Notes: a model not told the origin generated them from the letters alone. DNA of 64,000 nucleotides from an uncultured Bacteroidales bacterium (GCA_945487035.1 CALYTI010000008.1:240-64239), one strand, 5' to 3'. Numbered from the stretch's first letter, positions 39,669 to 49,782 are shown. A program made the numbers and translations.

Positions 39669-41449
39669 TGGGAGCGGAGCAGTTTCTTGCGGCGAAGGCC
39701 TCAGAGGCCGTAGCCGCCCTTTTCGGGGCCGAAGTGAGCGCAGCCTCCCTTCAGGTTGCCCCTACCCGCAAAGAATTTGAAGGTGACTATACCCTTGTGG
39801 TATTCCCGCTTCTGAGGATTTCGCACCTCGCGCCTGAAGCTACCGGCAAGGCCATCGGTGACTGGCTCACAGACAACTGTCCGGAAGTAGCTTCCTTCAA
39901 TGTGGTAAAGGGCTTTCTGAATATCTGCCTTTCCGGTGCTTTCTGGAGGGAATCCCTTCAGGAAATCGATGCAGCTGAGAATTACGGTCAGCTGCCTTCC
40001 ACCGGCAAAACCATAATGGTAGAGTTCTCTTCTCCGAACACCAACAAGCCTCTGCACCTCGGGCACATTCGCAACAACCTTCTGGGAGCGTCAGTGTCCA
40101 ACATCCTGCAGGCCGCAGGCAACAAGGTCATCAAGGCCACCCTGGTCAACGACCGCGGCATCCATATATGCAAGTCTATGCTTGCGTGGAAGCAGCTCTT
40201 TGACGGCGCCACCCCTGAGTCCACCGGCAAGAAGGGGGACCATCTGGTAGGCGACTGCTATGTTGCTTTCAGCAATATGCTCAAGCAGCAGACCGCGCAG
40301 CTCGTGGAGCAGGGCCTGAGCAAGGACGAGGCCGAAAAGGCCGCCCCTTGTATGAAGGAAGCTCACGATATGCTCGTCAAATGGGAGCAGGGCGACCCCG
40401 AGGTCCGCGCCCTTTGGGAAATGATGAACGGCTGGGTATTTGAAGGGTTCGACCAGACCTACCGCAGCCTTGGCATCAGCTTCGACAAGGTGGACTATGA
40501 GCACGACACCTACCTTCTCGGCAAGGAACTCGTTCAGAAGGGCCTGGATATGGGCGTCTTCACCACCGACCCGGACGGTTCGGTATGGTGCGACCTCACT
40601 GCCGACGGACTCGACCGCAAGCTCGTGCTTCGCGGCGACGGCACTTCGGTTTATATTACCCAGGACCTCGGAACGGCAGAGCGCCGCTTCGCGCAATACA
40701 GCCTCGATTCCCACGTCTATGTGGTGGGCAATGAGCAGGACTACCACTTCCAGGTGCTCAAGCTGATTCTCGGCAAGCTCGGCTTTGACTGGGCCAGCCA
40801 GATTTATCACCTCAGCTACGGAATGGTAGAGCTCCCTGAAGGCAAGATGAAGAGCCGCGAGGGAACGGTAGTGGATGCCGACGACCTCATAGAAGATATG
40901 TACAATGAGGCCAAGGCTACCTCCGAGGAGAGCGGCAAACTCGCCGACCTTCCGCAGGAGGAAAGGGACAGGCTCTATCATATGATAGGTCTCGGTGCCC
41001 TCAAGTACTTCATACTCAAGGTGGATCCGAAGAAGACCATGCTCTTCGACCCGCGCGAGAGCATAGATTTCAACGGCAATACAGGTCCTTTCATCCAATA
41101 TACTCACGCCCGCATCTGCAGCATACTGCGCAAGGCGGAAGCTGAAGGCAGGACCCCTGCTGTTTCGGACAGCGTACAGCTCAACCCTAAGGAAGTGCGC
41201 CTCGTCAAGCTCCTCAGCGCCTATCCCGCCAAGGTTCAGGAAGCGGCAGCCGGCTTCTCGCCTGCGCTGCTTGCAAACTATAGCTATGAGCTTGCAAAGG
41301 AGTTCAACCAGTACTACCACGATACCCAGATTCTCAAGGAGCCTGATGCAGAGCTGCTCAGTATGCGCCTCAGCCTCATAGGTGATATCGCCAGGGTACT
41401 GCGCTCGGCAATGGGTCTGCTTGGCATTGAACTCCCGTACAGGATGTAA
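39668..41449 (+). CDS. argS: Arginine--tRNA ligase
   Basis: SSPNTNKPLHLGH, KMKSREG, GNTGPFIQYTHAR. Confidence 0.97.
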   Translation: MGAEQFLAAKASEAVAALFGAEVSAASLQVAPTRKEFEGDYTLVVFPLLRISHLAPEATGKAIGDWLTDNCPEVASFNVVKGFLNICLSGAFWRESLQEIDAAENYGQLPSTGKTIMVEFSSPNTNKPLHLGHIRNNLLGASVSNILQAAGNKVIKATLVNDRGIHICKSMLAWKQLFDGATPESTGKKGDHLVGDCYVAFSNMLKQQTAQLVEQGLSKDEAEKAAPCMKEAHDMLVKWEQGDPEVRALWEMMNGWVFEGFDQTYRSLGISFDKVDYEHDTYLLGKELVQKGLDMGVFTTDPDGSVWCDLTADGLDRKLVLRGDGTSVYITQDLGTAERRFAQYSLDSHVYVVGNEQDYHFQVLKLILGKLGFDWASQIYHLSYGMVELPEGKMKSREGTVVDADDLIEDMYNEAKATSEESGKLADLPQEERDRLYHMIGLGALKYFILKVDPKKTMLFDPRESIDFNGNTGPFIQYTHARICSILRKAEAEGRTPAVSDSVQLNPKEVRLVKLLSAYPAKVQEAAAGFSPALLANYSYELAKEFNQYYHDTQILKEPDAELLSMRLSLIGDIARVLRSAMGLLGIELPYRM

Positions 41450-41455
41450 AAGGCA

Positions 41456-43174
41456 ATGGAAGCGTATATGTTCCCCACCTCCGTCAAGGAGGTACAGCGT
41501 CTCGGGTGGGACTACATAGACATCATCTTCTTTACGGGAGATGCGTTTGTGGACCATCCCAGCTTCGGAACAGCCTGCATAGCGAGATATCTCCAGAAAT
41601 TCGGTTACCGCATAGCAATCGTCCCCCAGCCTAACTGGAGGGACGATTTGCGTGATTTCCGCAAGCTCGGGGCACCGCGCCTGTACTTCGCTGTCAATTC
41701 CGGGGCTATGGATTCGATGGTTAACCATTACACCGCAAGCAAGCGCCTGCGCCACGATGACGCCTATACTCCGGATGGCCGTGCAGGCCAGCGTCCGGAC
41801 AGGGCCGTGAGCGTCTATACCCGCATTCTCAAGAACCTCTACCCTCAGGTGCCTGTGGTAATCGGCGGAGTCGAAGCGTCGCTGCGGCGTCTGACGCACT
41901 ACGACTACTGGGATGACTGCCTTATGCCTTCGATTCTGGTGGACTGCGGGGCGGACTGGCTGTGCTACGGAATGGGCGAAAAGCCTATGCTCGAACTTAC
42001 GCGAGCGATTGAGTCGGGCCGCAACCTCCGCCAGATTGAAACCATTCCCCAGCTTGCCTTTTTCCGCAGGGGCAGGGCCAGGACAGGTGAGGGAAGCCTT
42101 GTGCTGCACTCCTTCGAGCGCTGCAAGGCGGACAAGCGCTGCTTCGCGGAGAATTTCCATGAAATAGAGACCCACGCCAATATGCTCCACCCGCAGACTA
42201 TCATCGAGCCTGTGGCAGGGGGCTATGTGCAGGTCAACCCGCCCTATCCTCCGGCCACTACCGAAGAGATGGATTCCTACTGGGACCTGCCTTTCACCAA
42301 GCTGCCGCATCCGCGCTACGCAGGCAAGCGGATTCCGGCCTATGATATGATAAAGGACAGCATCATCACCCACCGCGGGTGCTTCGGAGGCTGCAATTTC
42401 TGCACTATAGCCGCCCATCAGGGCAAGTTCATCCAGTCCCGCAGCCACGGGAGCATACTTCGCGAAGTGCGCCAGCTCGCTGCTATGCCGCAGTTCCACG
42501 GCAATATTTCCGACCTCGGTGCGCCTACGGCCAATATGTACGGGATGCACGGCAAGGACCTTGCAAAATGCGAAATATGCCGCCGCCGCAGCTGCCTTTT
42601 CCCCGCAGCCTGCGCAAATCTGAACCGCGACCACTCGGACCTTCTGAAACTCTACCGTGAGGTGGATTCCGTAAAGGGCATTCGCCACTCTTATGTGGGC
42701 AGTGGCATACGATACGACCTCTTCCTGACTCCCGACGGTTTTGTGGACGGCAGCTCCAAGGAATATCTGCGTGAACTGATGCTCCGCCATACTTCCGGGC
42801 GTATGAAGGTAGCCCCTGAGCATACCGAAGACAAGGTTCTTGGCTATATGGGCAAGCCTTCCTTCAGATATTTCGAGCGCCTGCGCACCGAATTCGACAA
42901 AATCAATGCGGAGGAGGGAAGACATACCGAACTGGTGCCTTACTTCATTTCCTCGCATCCCGGATGCACTCGTGCCGATATGGCGCGCCTCGCTTCAAAT
43001 CCTTGTCTGCGAGGCATTTGGATGGAGCAGGTGCAGGACTTCACCCCTACCCCTATGACCACCTCCTCGGTGATGTTCTGGACCGGTCTGGACCCGCGCA
43101 CGATGAAGCCTGTCTTCGTGGAACGCGACCAAAAAGCGAAAAAAGCGCAGAAAAATTTTTTCTTTATCAAATAA
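41456..43174 (+). CDS. YgiQ-family radical SAM protein
   Basis: GDAFVDHPSFG, HRGCFGGCNFC, DLGAPTANMY, EQVQDFTPTPMT. Confidence 0.92.
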   Translation: MEAYMFPTSVKEVQRLGWDYIDIIFFTGDAFVDHPSFGTACIARYLQKFGYRIAIVPQPNWRDDLRDFRKLGAPRLYFAVNSGAMDSMVNHYTASKRLRHDDAYTPDGRAGQRPDRAVSVYTRILKNLYPQVPVVIGGVEASLRRLTHYDYWDDCLMPSILVDCGADWLCYGMGEKPMLELTRAIESGRNLRQIETIPQLAFFRRGRARTGEGSLVLHSFERCKADKRCFAENFHEIETHANMLHPQTIIEPVAGGYVQVNPPYPPATTEEMDSYWDLPFTKLPHPRYAGKRIPAYDMIKDSIITHRGCFGGCNFCTIAAHQGKFIQSRSHGSILREVRQLAAMPQFHGNISDLGAPTANMYGMHGKDLAKCEICRRRSCLFPAACANLNRDHSDLLKLYREVDSVKGIRHSYVGSGIRYDLFLTPDGFVDGSSKEYLRELMLRHTSGRMKVAPEHTEDKVLGYMGKPSFRYFERLRTEFDKINAEEGRHTELVPYFISSHPGCTRADMARLASNPCLRGIWMEQVQDFTPTPMTTSSVMFWTGLDPRTMKPVFVERDQKAKKAQKNFFFIK

Positions 43175-43213
43175 AGGATTAATATTGCAACCGCAATCAA
43201 ATATCATATAACT

Positions 43214-43579
43214 ATGGCTACAGACGGTAGGAAAAGACACGTTGTAAGGTACGAGAATATGTCAGATGAAGTTGCGGAGGCTTTTGCAGAAAAGTATCCC
43301 CGCGGATTCAATGATTATCTTGACGATCTCGTCAAATATCCGAAGCCGGACGGCACTTCGTTTTATGCTGTCACCATCGAGATTCCGGATGGAATCTATC
43401 TCGTGAAAATCGAGGTTGATGTTGATGACGCGGACGATATCGAGCGCTGGCTTGAGGGAGAAGAAGAAGCTGGAACGGAGCAGATGACAGGTGCAGGAGC
43501 TCCAACAGGCGAGGGCGAAGCCCTTCCTGATGACAATGTCTCCCAGTATGGCGGAGACGACGACCCTGCAGATGCTTAG
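43214..43579 (+). CDS. Small acidic hypothetical protein
   Basis: 121 aa; EKYPRG...YLVKI core with D/E-rich tail; fits the operon and overlaps the next start. Confidence 0.7.
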   Translation: MATDGRKRHVVRYENMSDEVAEAFAEKYPRGFNDYLDDLVKYPKPDGTSFYAVTIEIPDGIYLVKIEVDVDDADDIERWLEGEEEAGTEQMTGAGAPTGEGEALPDDNVSQYGGDDDPADA

Positions 43580-45308
43580 GTCCACCGAATCCAGAAAACT
43601 GTTGGTGCTGAGTCTCCTTGTGGGACTCTGCACTGGTTTTGTAGCCATCCTTCTTCAGGAAGGCATTCACCTCATCAAGGGTCTTGTACACCCTCTTCTG
43701 GAGCGCAACTACGCCTGGAGCATAATTCTCCCGGGCATAGGTATGGCGATTTCCGCCCTGCTGCTGCGCTTTGTTATCAAGGATAACATAGGTCACGGGG
43801 TGACCAAGGTGCTCGTCGCCATATCCAGCAACGACTCCCGCATCAAGGCCCACAATACCTGGTCTTCGGTGCTTACCTCAATGCTGACCATCGGCTTCGG
43901 AGGTTCCGTTGGAGCAGAGGCCCCGATTGTCTATACGGGCGCTGCAATCGGCTCCAATATAGGCCAGGCGGCAAAACTTTCGTACCGCAATGTGACGATT
44001 CTTGTGGGTTGCGGTGCAGCAGGTGCGGTAGCGGGCATATTCAAGGCCCCTCTCGCAGGCCTGCTTTTCACTATGGAGATATTGCTCTTCAATATTTCCC
44101 TCGCCTCAATGACACCGCTGCTCATCTCCACCGTTTCCGCAACGGTGGTGGCATATCTCTTCCAGGGGGTCGGCGCTTCCTTCACCTGCAGTCTGGAGCC
44201 TTTCGTGCTGCGCAATATCCCTTTCTACCTTGCACTTGGTGTGGTCTGCGGCCTGATGTCCCTGTATTTCACTCGCACTACCCTCAAACTCGAGGATGTC
44301 TTTTCGAAGATGAAGAAGCCTTGGCTCAAGTGGCTGATATGCTCGCTAGGAGTGGGCCTTCTGGTCTATCTTTTCCCGCCCCTGTACGGTGAGGGGTACG
44401 AGGATGTATCTTCGCTTCTGGTCGGAGCAGCCGGCGGAATGAGTTCTTCGCCTCTGGCCTTCCTGATGGACAGCCCTCTCGGGATTATCCTGGTTTTCGT
44501 TGCCGTGATGCTGCTCAAGGTGCTTTCCATGACCCTTACCAATGCCGGCGGGGGAGTGGGAGGTACTTTCGGCCCTACGCTTTTCGTAGGTGCCATTGTC
44601 GGTTTCGTGGTGGTGCGTTTTATCAATGCCGCTTTCGGGGGCGTGCTGTGGACCCTGCCGGAACAGAATTTCGTGTTGGTGGGAATGGCAGCGCTTATGG
44701 CCGGAGTAATGCAGGCTCCTATGACTTCCATCTTCCTTATCGCGGAGATGACGGGAGGGTATGACCTCTTCCTTCCTCTTATTGCCGCTTCGACCGTGTC
44801 CTTTGGTGTCACCCGTATCTGGGAGCGCTATTCGATTTATACCAAACGCATTGCGCAGAGCGGAGAACTGCTCACCCACGATTCCGACCAGGCAGTGCTC
44901 ACCCTTCTGAAGACTTCCGAACTGGTCAGGGACAAATATCCGCGCCTGGACCTCGATGCCTCACTGGGCGAGATAATGTCAACAGTTTCACAGAGCACTG
45001 TGGCTGTTTTTCCTGTTGTGGGCAAGGACGGGGTGTTCCAGGGCCTGGTGGAGATGGATGACCTGCGCAAGCACCTCTTCGATGAAGCGGCCTACCAGAA
45101 GCTTCACGTCTATAACCTGATGAAGCAGCCGCCTGCTGTTGTCGATAAGGATGAAAAGATGTCCTCGGTTCTGGACAAGTTCGAGAAGACGGGAGCCTGG
45201 CGCCTGCCCGTACTCGACGAGCAGCGCCATTATCTTGGCTTCATTTCGAAATCGCGTATTCTCAGCGCCTATCGCGAGGAACTGAAGGAGATATCAGCTG
45301 AAGACTGA
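43572..45308 (+). CDS. ClC chloride channel protein with CBS domains
   Basis: GGSVGAEAP, AGIFKAPLAG, GGTFGPTL, AEMTGGY, C-terminal CBS pair. Confidence 0.93.
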   Translation: MLRSTESRKLLVLSLLVGLCTGFVAILLQEGIHLIKGLVHPLLERNYAWSIILPGIGMAISALLLRFVIKDNIGHGVTKVLVAISSNDSRIKAHNTWSSVLTSMLTIGFGGSVGAEAPIVYTGAAIGSNIGQAAKLSYRNVTILVGCGAAGAVAGIFKAPLAGLLFTMEILLFNISLASMTPLLISTVSATVVAYLFQGVGASFTCSLEPFVLRNIPFYLALGVVCGLMSLYFTRTTLKLEDVFSKMKKPWLKWLICSLGVGLLVYLFPPLYGEGYEDVSSLLVGAAGGMSSSPLAFLMDSPLGIILVFVAVMLLKVLSMTLTNAGGGVGGTFGPTLFVGAIVGFVVVRFINAAFGGVLWTLPEQNFVLVGMAALMAGVMQAPMTSIFLIAEMTGGYDLFLPLIAASTVSFGVTRIWERYSIYTKRIAQSGELLTHDSDQAVLTLLKTSELVRDKYPRLDLDASLGEIMSTVSQSTVAVFPVVGKDGVFQGLVEMDDLRKHLFDEAAYQKLHVYNLMKQPPAVVDKDEKMSSVLDKFEKTGAWRLPVLDEQRHYLGFISKSRILSAYREELKEISAED

Positions 45309-47535
45309 TGCGGTTCCTGTCGGTATCCACTCCGAGAACTTTCACCTTTACCTGCTGATGCAGTTTCACCACCCTTGTAGGGTCGGTGCCGCGCGGTCCC
45401 ATCTGGGATACGTGCACAAGGCCGTTTTCGTGCAGGCCTATGTCCACAAAGGCGCCGAAGTTGGTGATGTTGGTCACTATCCCAGGAAGCTCCATTCCTG
45501 TCTTGAGGTCGGAGATGTCGCGTATGTCCTCTGCGAAACTGAATGTCCCGGCTTCTTCGCGCGGGTCCACTCCCGGTTTGGCCAGTTCGCGTATGATATC
45601 GTTAATGGTTGGCAGGCCCTTGTCTGCGTCCACATAGTTTTCGGGCTTGATTCGGGCGCACAGGGCGGCGTTGCCTATGAGTTCTGCCGTACTGACCCCA
45701 AGGTCGCGGGCCATCCTGTGGACTATAGGGTAGGATTCCGGATGCACCGCGCTGCAGTCGAGAGGATTTTCGCCTCCGCGGATGCGCAGAAAGCCTGCAC
45801 ACTGCTCGAAGGTCTTGGCTCCGAGCCTAGGGACCTTAAGAAGCTCGGCTCTGCTGCGGAAGCCTCCCTGCTTGCTGCGGTATGCTACAATGCTCTCCGC
45901 GAGCGAAGGCCCGATGCCGGCTACATAAGCCAGTAGATAAGGTGAGGCGGTGTTGAGGTTCACCCCTACGCTGTTTACGCAGGACTCTACGGTATTGTCC
46001 AGCTTTTCCTTGAGCAGGGTCTGGTCCACATCGTGCTGGTACTGTCCCACTCCGAGGCTCTTCGGGTCGATTTTTACCAGCTCTGCAAGAGGGTCCATAA
46101 GGCGGCGCCCTATGCTCACAGCTCCGCGCACCGTCACGTCCTCGTCCGGCATTTCCTTGCGTGCCACTTCGGAGGCGCTGTATATGCTTGCTCCGTCCTC
46201 GCTCACCGTCCATACTTTGCAGTCCTGCGGCAGGGCAATGCGTTTGAAGAAATCTACGGTCTCGCGGCTCGCAGTGCCGTTGCCTATGGCCACTGCCTGT
46301 ATGCCGTAGCCGTCTATGATTTTCTGCACGGAGCCGAGGGCTTTGATTTTCTCGTTCTGCGGAGGGTGGGGGAAGATGATTTCGTGGTGAAGCAGAGCTC
46401 CCTGTTCGTCGAGGACCGCAAGTTTGCAGCCGTTGCGGAAGCCCGGGTCCACCGCGAGGGTGCGCTTCTGTCCTACCGGGGCGCTGAGCAGCAGCTGGCG
46501 CAGGTTCTCTCCGAATACCCTTATGGATTCTATATCAGCCTTTTGCTTGGCTTCCTTGATTATCTCATTGGTAATGGAAGGGTTAAGCAGCCTGTCGAAG
46601 GCATCCTCGCTGGCCTTCCGCATCTCGCTGCTCAGCTCGGGGCTTGGCTGCCTGGCTGGGGTGCCCGTTTGGCGGGCGGCTTGGGTGCCGGGCTGGTTGG
46701 TGGCTTGGGTGCCGGGCCGGTTGGTGGCTGCTTGGGTGGCGGGCTGGTTGGTGGCTGCTTGGGTGGCGGCCGTTTTGAGCCATCCGCGATAGACTGTGTC
46801 GGCACAGCGCTGCGGGTCGGCATCAATACCCAGAGACAGAATCCCTTCGTTCTCGGCGCGGAGCATAGCCAGCAGATTGTGCGACGGGATACGGTCCAGT
46901 GGCATAGAGAAGCTGAAATAGCTGCGGTATTTGTCCGCTTCGGGATTGCTCTTGCCCGCGCGGGTAAGGCTTGAGGTTATTCTGCGTTTGCGATAGACTG
47001 AGCGCAGTTCTTCGCGTATGGTGGCTGTCTCGCTCAGGCGCTCGGCAATTATGTCGCGAGCTCCGTCAAGGGCAACATCAGTGCTTTCGACCTTGTCCTT
47101 TACGAAAGCTTTTGCGCTTTCGCGTGGGCTGCGGGTGCGGCAGTTCCAAAGAAGGTCGGCCAGCGGTTCAAGGCCGAGTTTCTTCGCGGCTGTTGCCCGG
47201 GTGCGGCGCTTGGGACGGAAGGGGAGATAAAGGTCTTCGAGTTCGGTGGCATCGACGCAGTTCTCTATTTTGCGGCGAAGCTCGCCGGTCAGGGCTCCGG
47301 CCTGCTCTATGGTGGTGAGTATGGTCTGCTTGCGCTTTTCCATCTCGGAATATACGTCGAGCCAATGCTTTACTTCGGCTACTGTCGAGTCGTCCATTCC
47401 GCCGGTTTTCTCCTTGCGGTAGCGGCTGATGAACGGAATTGTCGAGCCCTCTTCAAACATCAGGGCGCAGTTCTCCACCTGCCAGGGCTTGCAGTCAAGC
47501 CTGCCGGCGATGGTGTTGATGTATAGTTGGTGCAT
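45262..47535 (-). CDS. tex: Tex-family RNA-binding transcription accessory protein
   Basis: TIPFISRYRKE, DPGFRNGCK, SIYSAS, DPKSLGVGQYQHD, C-terminal S1 domain. Confidence 0.95.
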   Translation of the reverse strand: MHQLYINTIAGRLDCKPWQVENCALMFEEGSTIPFISRYRKEKTGGMDDSTVAEVKHWLDVYSEMEKRKQTILTTIEQAGALTGELRRKIENCVDATELEDLYLPFRPKRRTRATAAKKLGLEPLADLLWNCRTRSPRESAKAFVKDKVESTDVALDGARDIIAERLSETATIREELRSVYRKRRITSSLTRAGKSNPEADKYRSYFSFSMPLDRIPSHNLLAMLRAENEGILSLGIDADPQRCADTVYRGWLKTAATQAATNQPATQAATNRPGTQATNQPGTQAARQTGTPARQPSPELSSEMRKASEDAFDRLLNPSITNEIIKEAKQKADIESIRVFGENLRQLLLSAPVGQKRTLAVDPGFRNGCKLAVLDEQGALLHHEIIFPHPPQNEKIKALGSVQKIIDGYGIQAVAIGNGTASRETVDFFKRIALPQDCKVWTVSEDGASIYSASEVARKEMPDEDVTVRGAVSIGRRLMDPLAELVKIDPKSLGVGQYQHDVDQTLLKEKLDNTVESCVNSVGVNLNTASPYLLAYVAGIGPSLAESIVAYRSKQGGFRSRAELLKVPRLGAKTFEQCAGFLRIRGGENPLDCSAVHPESYPIVHRMARDLGVSTAELIGNAALCARIKPENYVDADKGLPTINDIIRELAKPGVDPREEAGTFSFAEDIRDISDLKTGMELPGIVTNITNFGAFVDIGLHENGLVHVSQMGPRGTDPTRVVKLHQQVKVKVLGVDTDRNRISLQLISPSVPRDRR
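46647..46771. repeat. In-frame 24/27-bp degenerate tandem repeat within tex
   Basis: Units GCTTGGGTG(C/G)CGGGC(T/C)GGTTGGTG(GCT); encodes AATQAATNQPATQAATNRPGTQATNQPGTQAARQ. Confidence 0.85.
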
Positions 47536-47536
47536 A

Positions 47537-48313
47537 TTAAAATTTTCTAAATCGCAGTCTTATTACTCCCCAGAAGGCCTCTCCGAAAATGGAGCCTGAC
47601 ATCTTCGAGGTTCCGGCTTTGCGGTTGACGAAAATCACCGGCACCTCCTTGATGCGGAAGCCCTTTTTCTTTGCGGTGTACTTCATCTCGATCTGGAAGC
47701 CGTAGCCCTTCATCTTCACTGCGTCGAGGTCTATGGCGCGAAGCACTCCGGCTGACCAGCATACGAAACCTGCGGTGCTGTCCATAATGCCGGTGCCGAG
47801 CACTGTGCGGGTATAGACGGAGGCGTAGTAGGACATTATGATACGCCCTATCGGCCAGTTGACAACGCTCACTCCATCGGCATAGCGGGAGCCGATTGCA
47901 ACATCTGCTCCGTCCTTTTCGCAACACTCCGAAAGGCGCGGCAGGTCCTTAGGGTCGTGGGAGAAATCGGCATCCATTTCGGTCATATAGTCATAGCCCT
48001 TCTCCAGAGCCCATTTGAAGCCGGTGATGTAGGCGGTTCCGAGTCCGAGTTTGCCGCTGCGGCAGATGAGAAAGAGCCGGTCCGGGAATTCGTTCTGGAG
48101 TTTCTGTACCTGTACGGCAGTTCCGTCAGGGGAGCCGTCGTCGATGACGAGAATGTGATACCCTTCCTCCAAAGCGAATACCGCACGGCATATCGCCTCG
48201 ATATTTTCGATTTCGTTGTATGTCGGTATAATCACCAGCCGCTTCGGGGCCGGTGCTGCGCTTGCTTGACTTGCTGCCTGTGTGGCTGCTTTTGTTGCTT
48301 TCGCTGTGTCCAT
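47537..48313 (-). CDS. Polyprenol monophosphomannose synthase (GT2, DPM1-like)
   Basis: IIPTYNE, DDGSPDGT, GLGTAY, MDADFSHDP, GYGFQIEM. Confidence 0.92.
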   Translation of the reverse strand: MDTAKATKAATQAASQASAAPAPKRLVIIPTYNEIENIEAICRAVFALEEGYHILVIDDGSPDGTAVQVQKLQNEFPDRLFLICRSGKLGLGTAYITGFKWALEKGYDYMTEMDADFSHDPKDLPRLSECCEKDGADVAIGSRYADGVSVVNWPIGRIIMSYYASVYTRTVLGTGIMDSTAGFVCWSAGVLRAIDLDAVKMKGYGFQIEMKYTAKKKGFRIKEVPVIFVNRKAGTSKMSGSIFGEAFWGVIRLRFRKF

Positions 48314-48475
48314 ATCACAAATTTAGCAAATAATCTTGCAAACTTCGCAATTTCAACTGTTTTGTACACCAGAAGTGCTTCTCCTGTACAGTCAAGATTT
48401 CCAGGTTGCGGAGCGTTATGTGTTATAGTAATTGCTATATTTGTGCCAGCAACCTGCCACAAATACACTATGCTT

Positions 48476-49120
48476 ATGAAAAAGGAATTCTTTACAACCG
48501 TCATTGCGCTGATGATATGTTCAGCAACAGCTTCTGCACAATATTCAGACACGGCTACTGCACAATATAAGCAGCACTCCATCGAGATTACCACCGGTTA
48601 TCCGAGCATAATCCATTTCTTTGAGTATCCTTTCATTGGAGAATCCATAGAAATGCAGAAGTGCGGCCGGCGTTATAAAGAGCATTATCAGCCTGAATTG
48701 AATGTAGGCTATACTTTCCAATGGGCAAAGAGATGGGAGGTGAATGCATTGCTTAACGCCCACCTTACCATTATGGATGTCTATCAGTACCCGTTATTGC
48801 CGGAATACGCTGACCGCACACCGTCTGAGACCAATTCGTCGCAGTATTATGATTGGAATGCAGACCCTGTTTCCAAAACAAGACAGACCAAAGTCTATGG
48901 CGCATTCTGTGCTTCGGTCAGATTCAAATGGCTTGTCCGGGAGAGTTTCAGTATGTATTCTGCTCTGGGAGTCGGGACCTCTTTTGCCGTTCCTTTCCCG
49001 CTTCCTTATCTAGCACCAATCGGCATTCAGTTCGGCAAGGGCAAGGTGTTCGGCATCGTTGAGGCCAATATCTCCGCCGCCACTACCTTTGGAATGGCCG
49101 GAATCGGCATCAGACTGTAG
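48476..49120 (+). CDS. Hypothetical secreted protein, probable small outer-membrane beta-barrel
   Basis: Signal peptide ending ASAQ; alternating beta-strands (MYSALGVG, GIQFG, VEANIS, GIGIRL); own TATATTTG box at 48436-48443. Confidence 0.65.
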   Translation: MKKEFFTTVIALMICSATASAQYSDTATAQYKQHSIEITTGYPSIIHFFEYPFIGESIEMQKCGRRYKEHYQPELNVGYTFQWAKRWEVNALLNAHLTIMDVYQYPLLPEYADRTPSETNSSQYYDWNADPVSKTRQTKVYGAFCASVRFKWLVRESFSMYSALGVGTSFAVPFPLPYLAPIGIQFGKGKVFGIVEANISAATTFGMAGIGIRL

Positions 49121-49325
49121 CATCCTCTACCGGCTTCTTCTGCGCAATAACGTCAGTTCTGATCACCAATTGCAATTTTTCTCCATTCCGGGCGCAAATA
49201 TGCCAGTTCTACGCACGGATCTCATAGCCAATGGGTCAATGCTTCCGGATTTTTCGCAGCTGCACGCCCGAGCAAACGGTAGGCCCTGCTCTTACCAATC
49301 CTGCTGCAAATGCCATTTGGGCAAA

Positions 49326-49470
49326 TCACCGCGCGCTGAGTAGCATTGATTATCAGGGAGTTATGCGGCACCTCGGCGCGCGGTGAAGCCAAATTGGTCT
49401 CATCGCGCGACCTTGTAAAATACAAGTGTCTTACAAACAGCGACTTATGTTTCACCTACTCGCGCGGTGA
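49326..49470. repeat. Two tandem inverted-repeat units TCA(C/T)CGCGCG ... CGCGCGGTGA
   Basis: Unit 1 at 49326-49386 and unit 2 at 49400-49470, each enclosing a related AGT...CAG.GA.TTATG core. Confidence 0.75.
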
Positions 49471-49588
49471 ATTTCAAAAGTTCTATTGTCCTGTTGAATT
49501 CCCTTATTGTATATTCGTGAGAAATATTCTTTTACTTCGGTTTTCAGGCCCCAAAAGCGAAAATAACCCATTATTTTGCTTTTCCCAT

Positions 49589-49614
49589 TTCCTGATGTGA
49601 CACATTGGGAAAAC
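49589..49614 (-). repeat. Dispersed copy of the CCTGATGTG-N-CACATCAGG palindrome family
   Basis: Reverse complement GTTTTCCCAATGTGTCACATCAGGAA matches 61906-61931 at 24/26. Confidence 0.8.
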
Positions 49615-49782
49615 TATGGGAGAGCCGACAGGCACTGCCTGCGGCGAGGGGCAGGTTGGTGTGCTCCTGATGCGAGGGATGGGGAGCGAAATATCCCCGG
49701 GGGTGTAGTATTTTTCCAAAAATATATTACATTTGCACCCGATTTCGAAGTTGAACCAAAATCTTTTTTATGGTACTCGGAA

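Noticed and set aside
40091-42958. 955-aa antisense ORF (also 518-2101, 16662-17873, 20019-21392, 53780-54817)
   Set aside because: Antisense shadows of well-supported genes, explained by GC-rich codon bias; no motifs.
48245-48313. AATQAA motif in the GT2 N-terminus resembling the tex repeat
   Set aside because: Similarity is short and low-complexity; DNA match too weak to claim a common origin.
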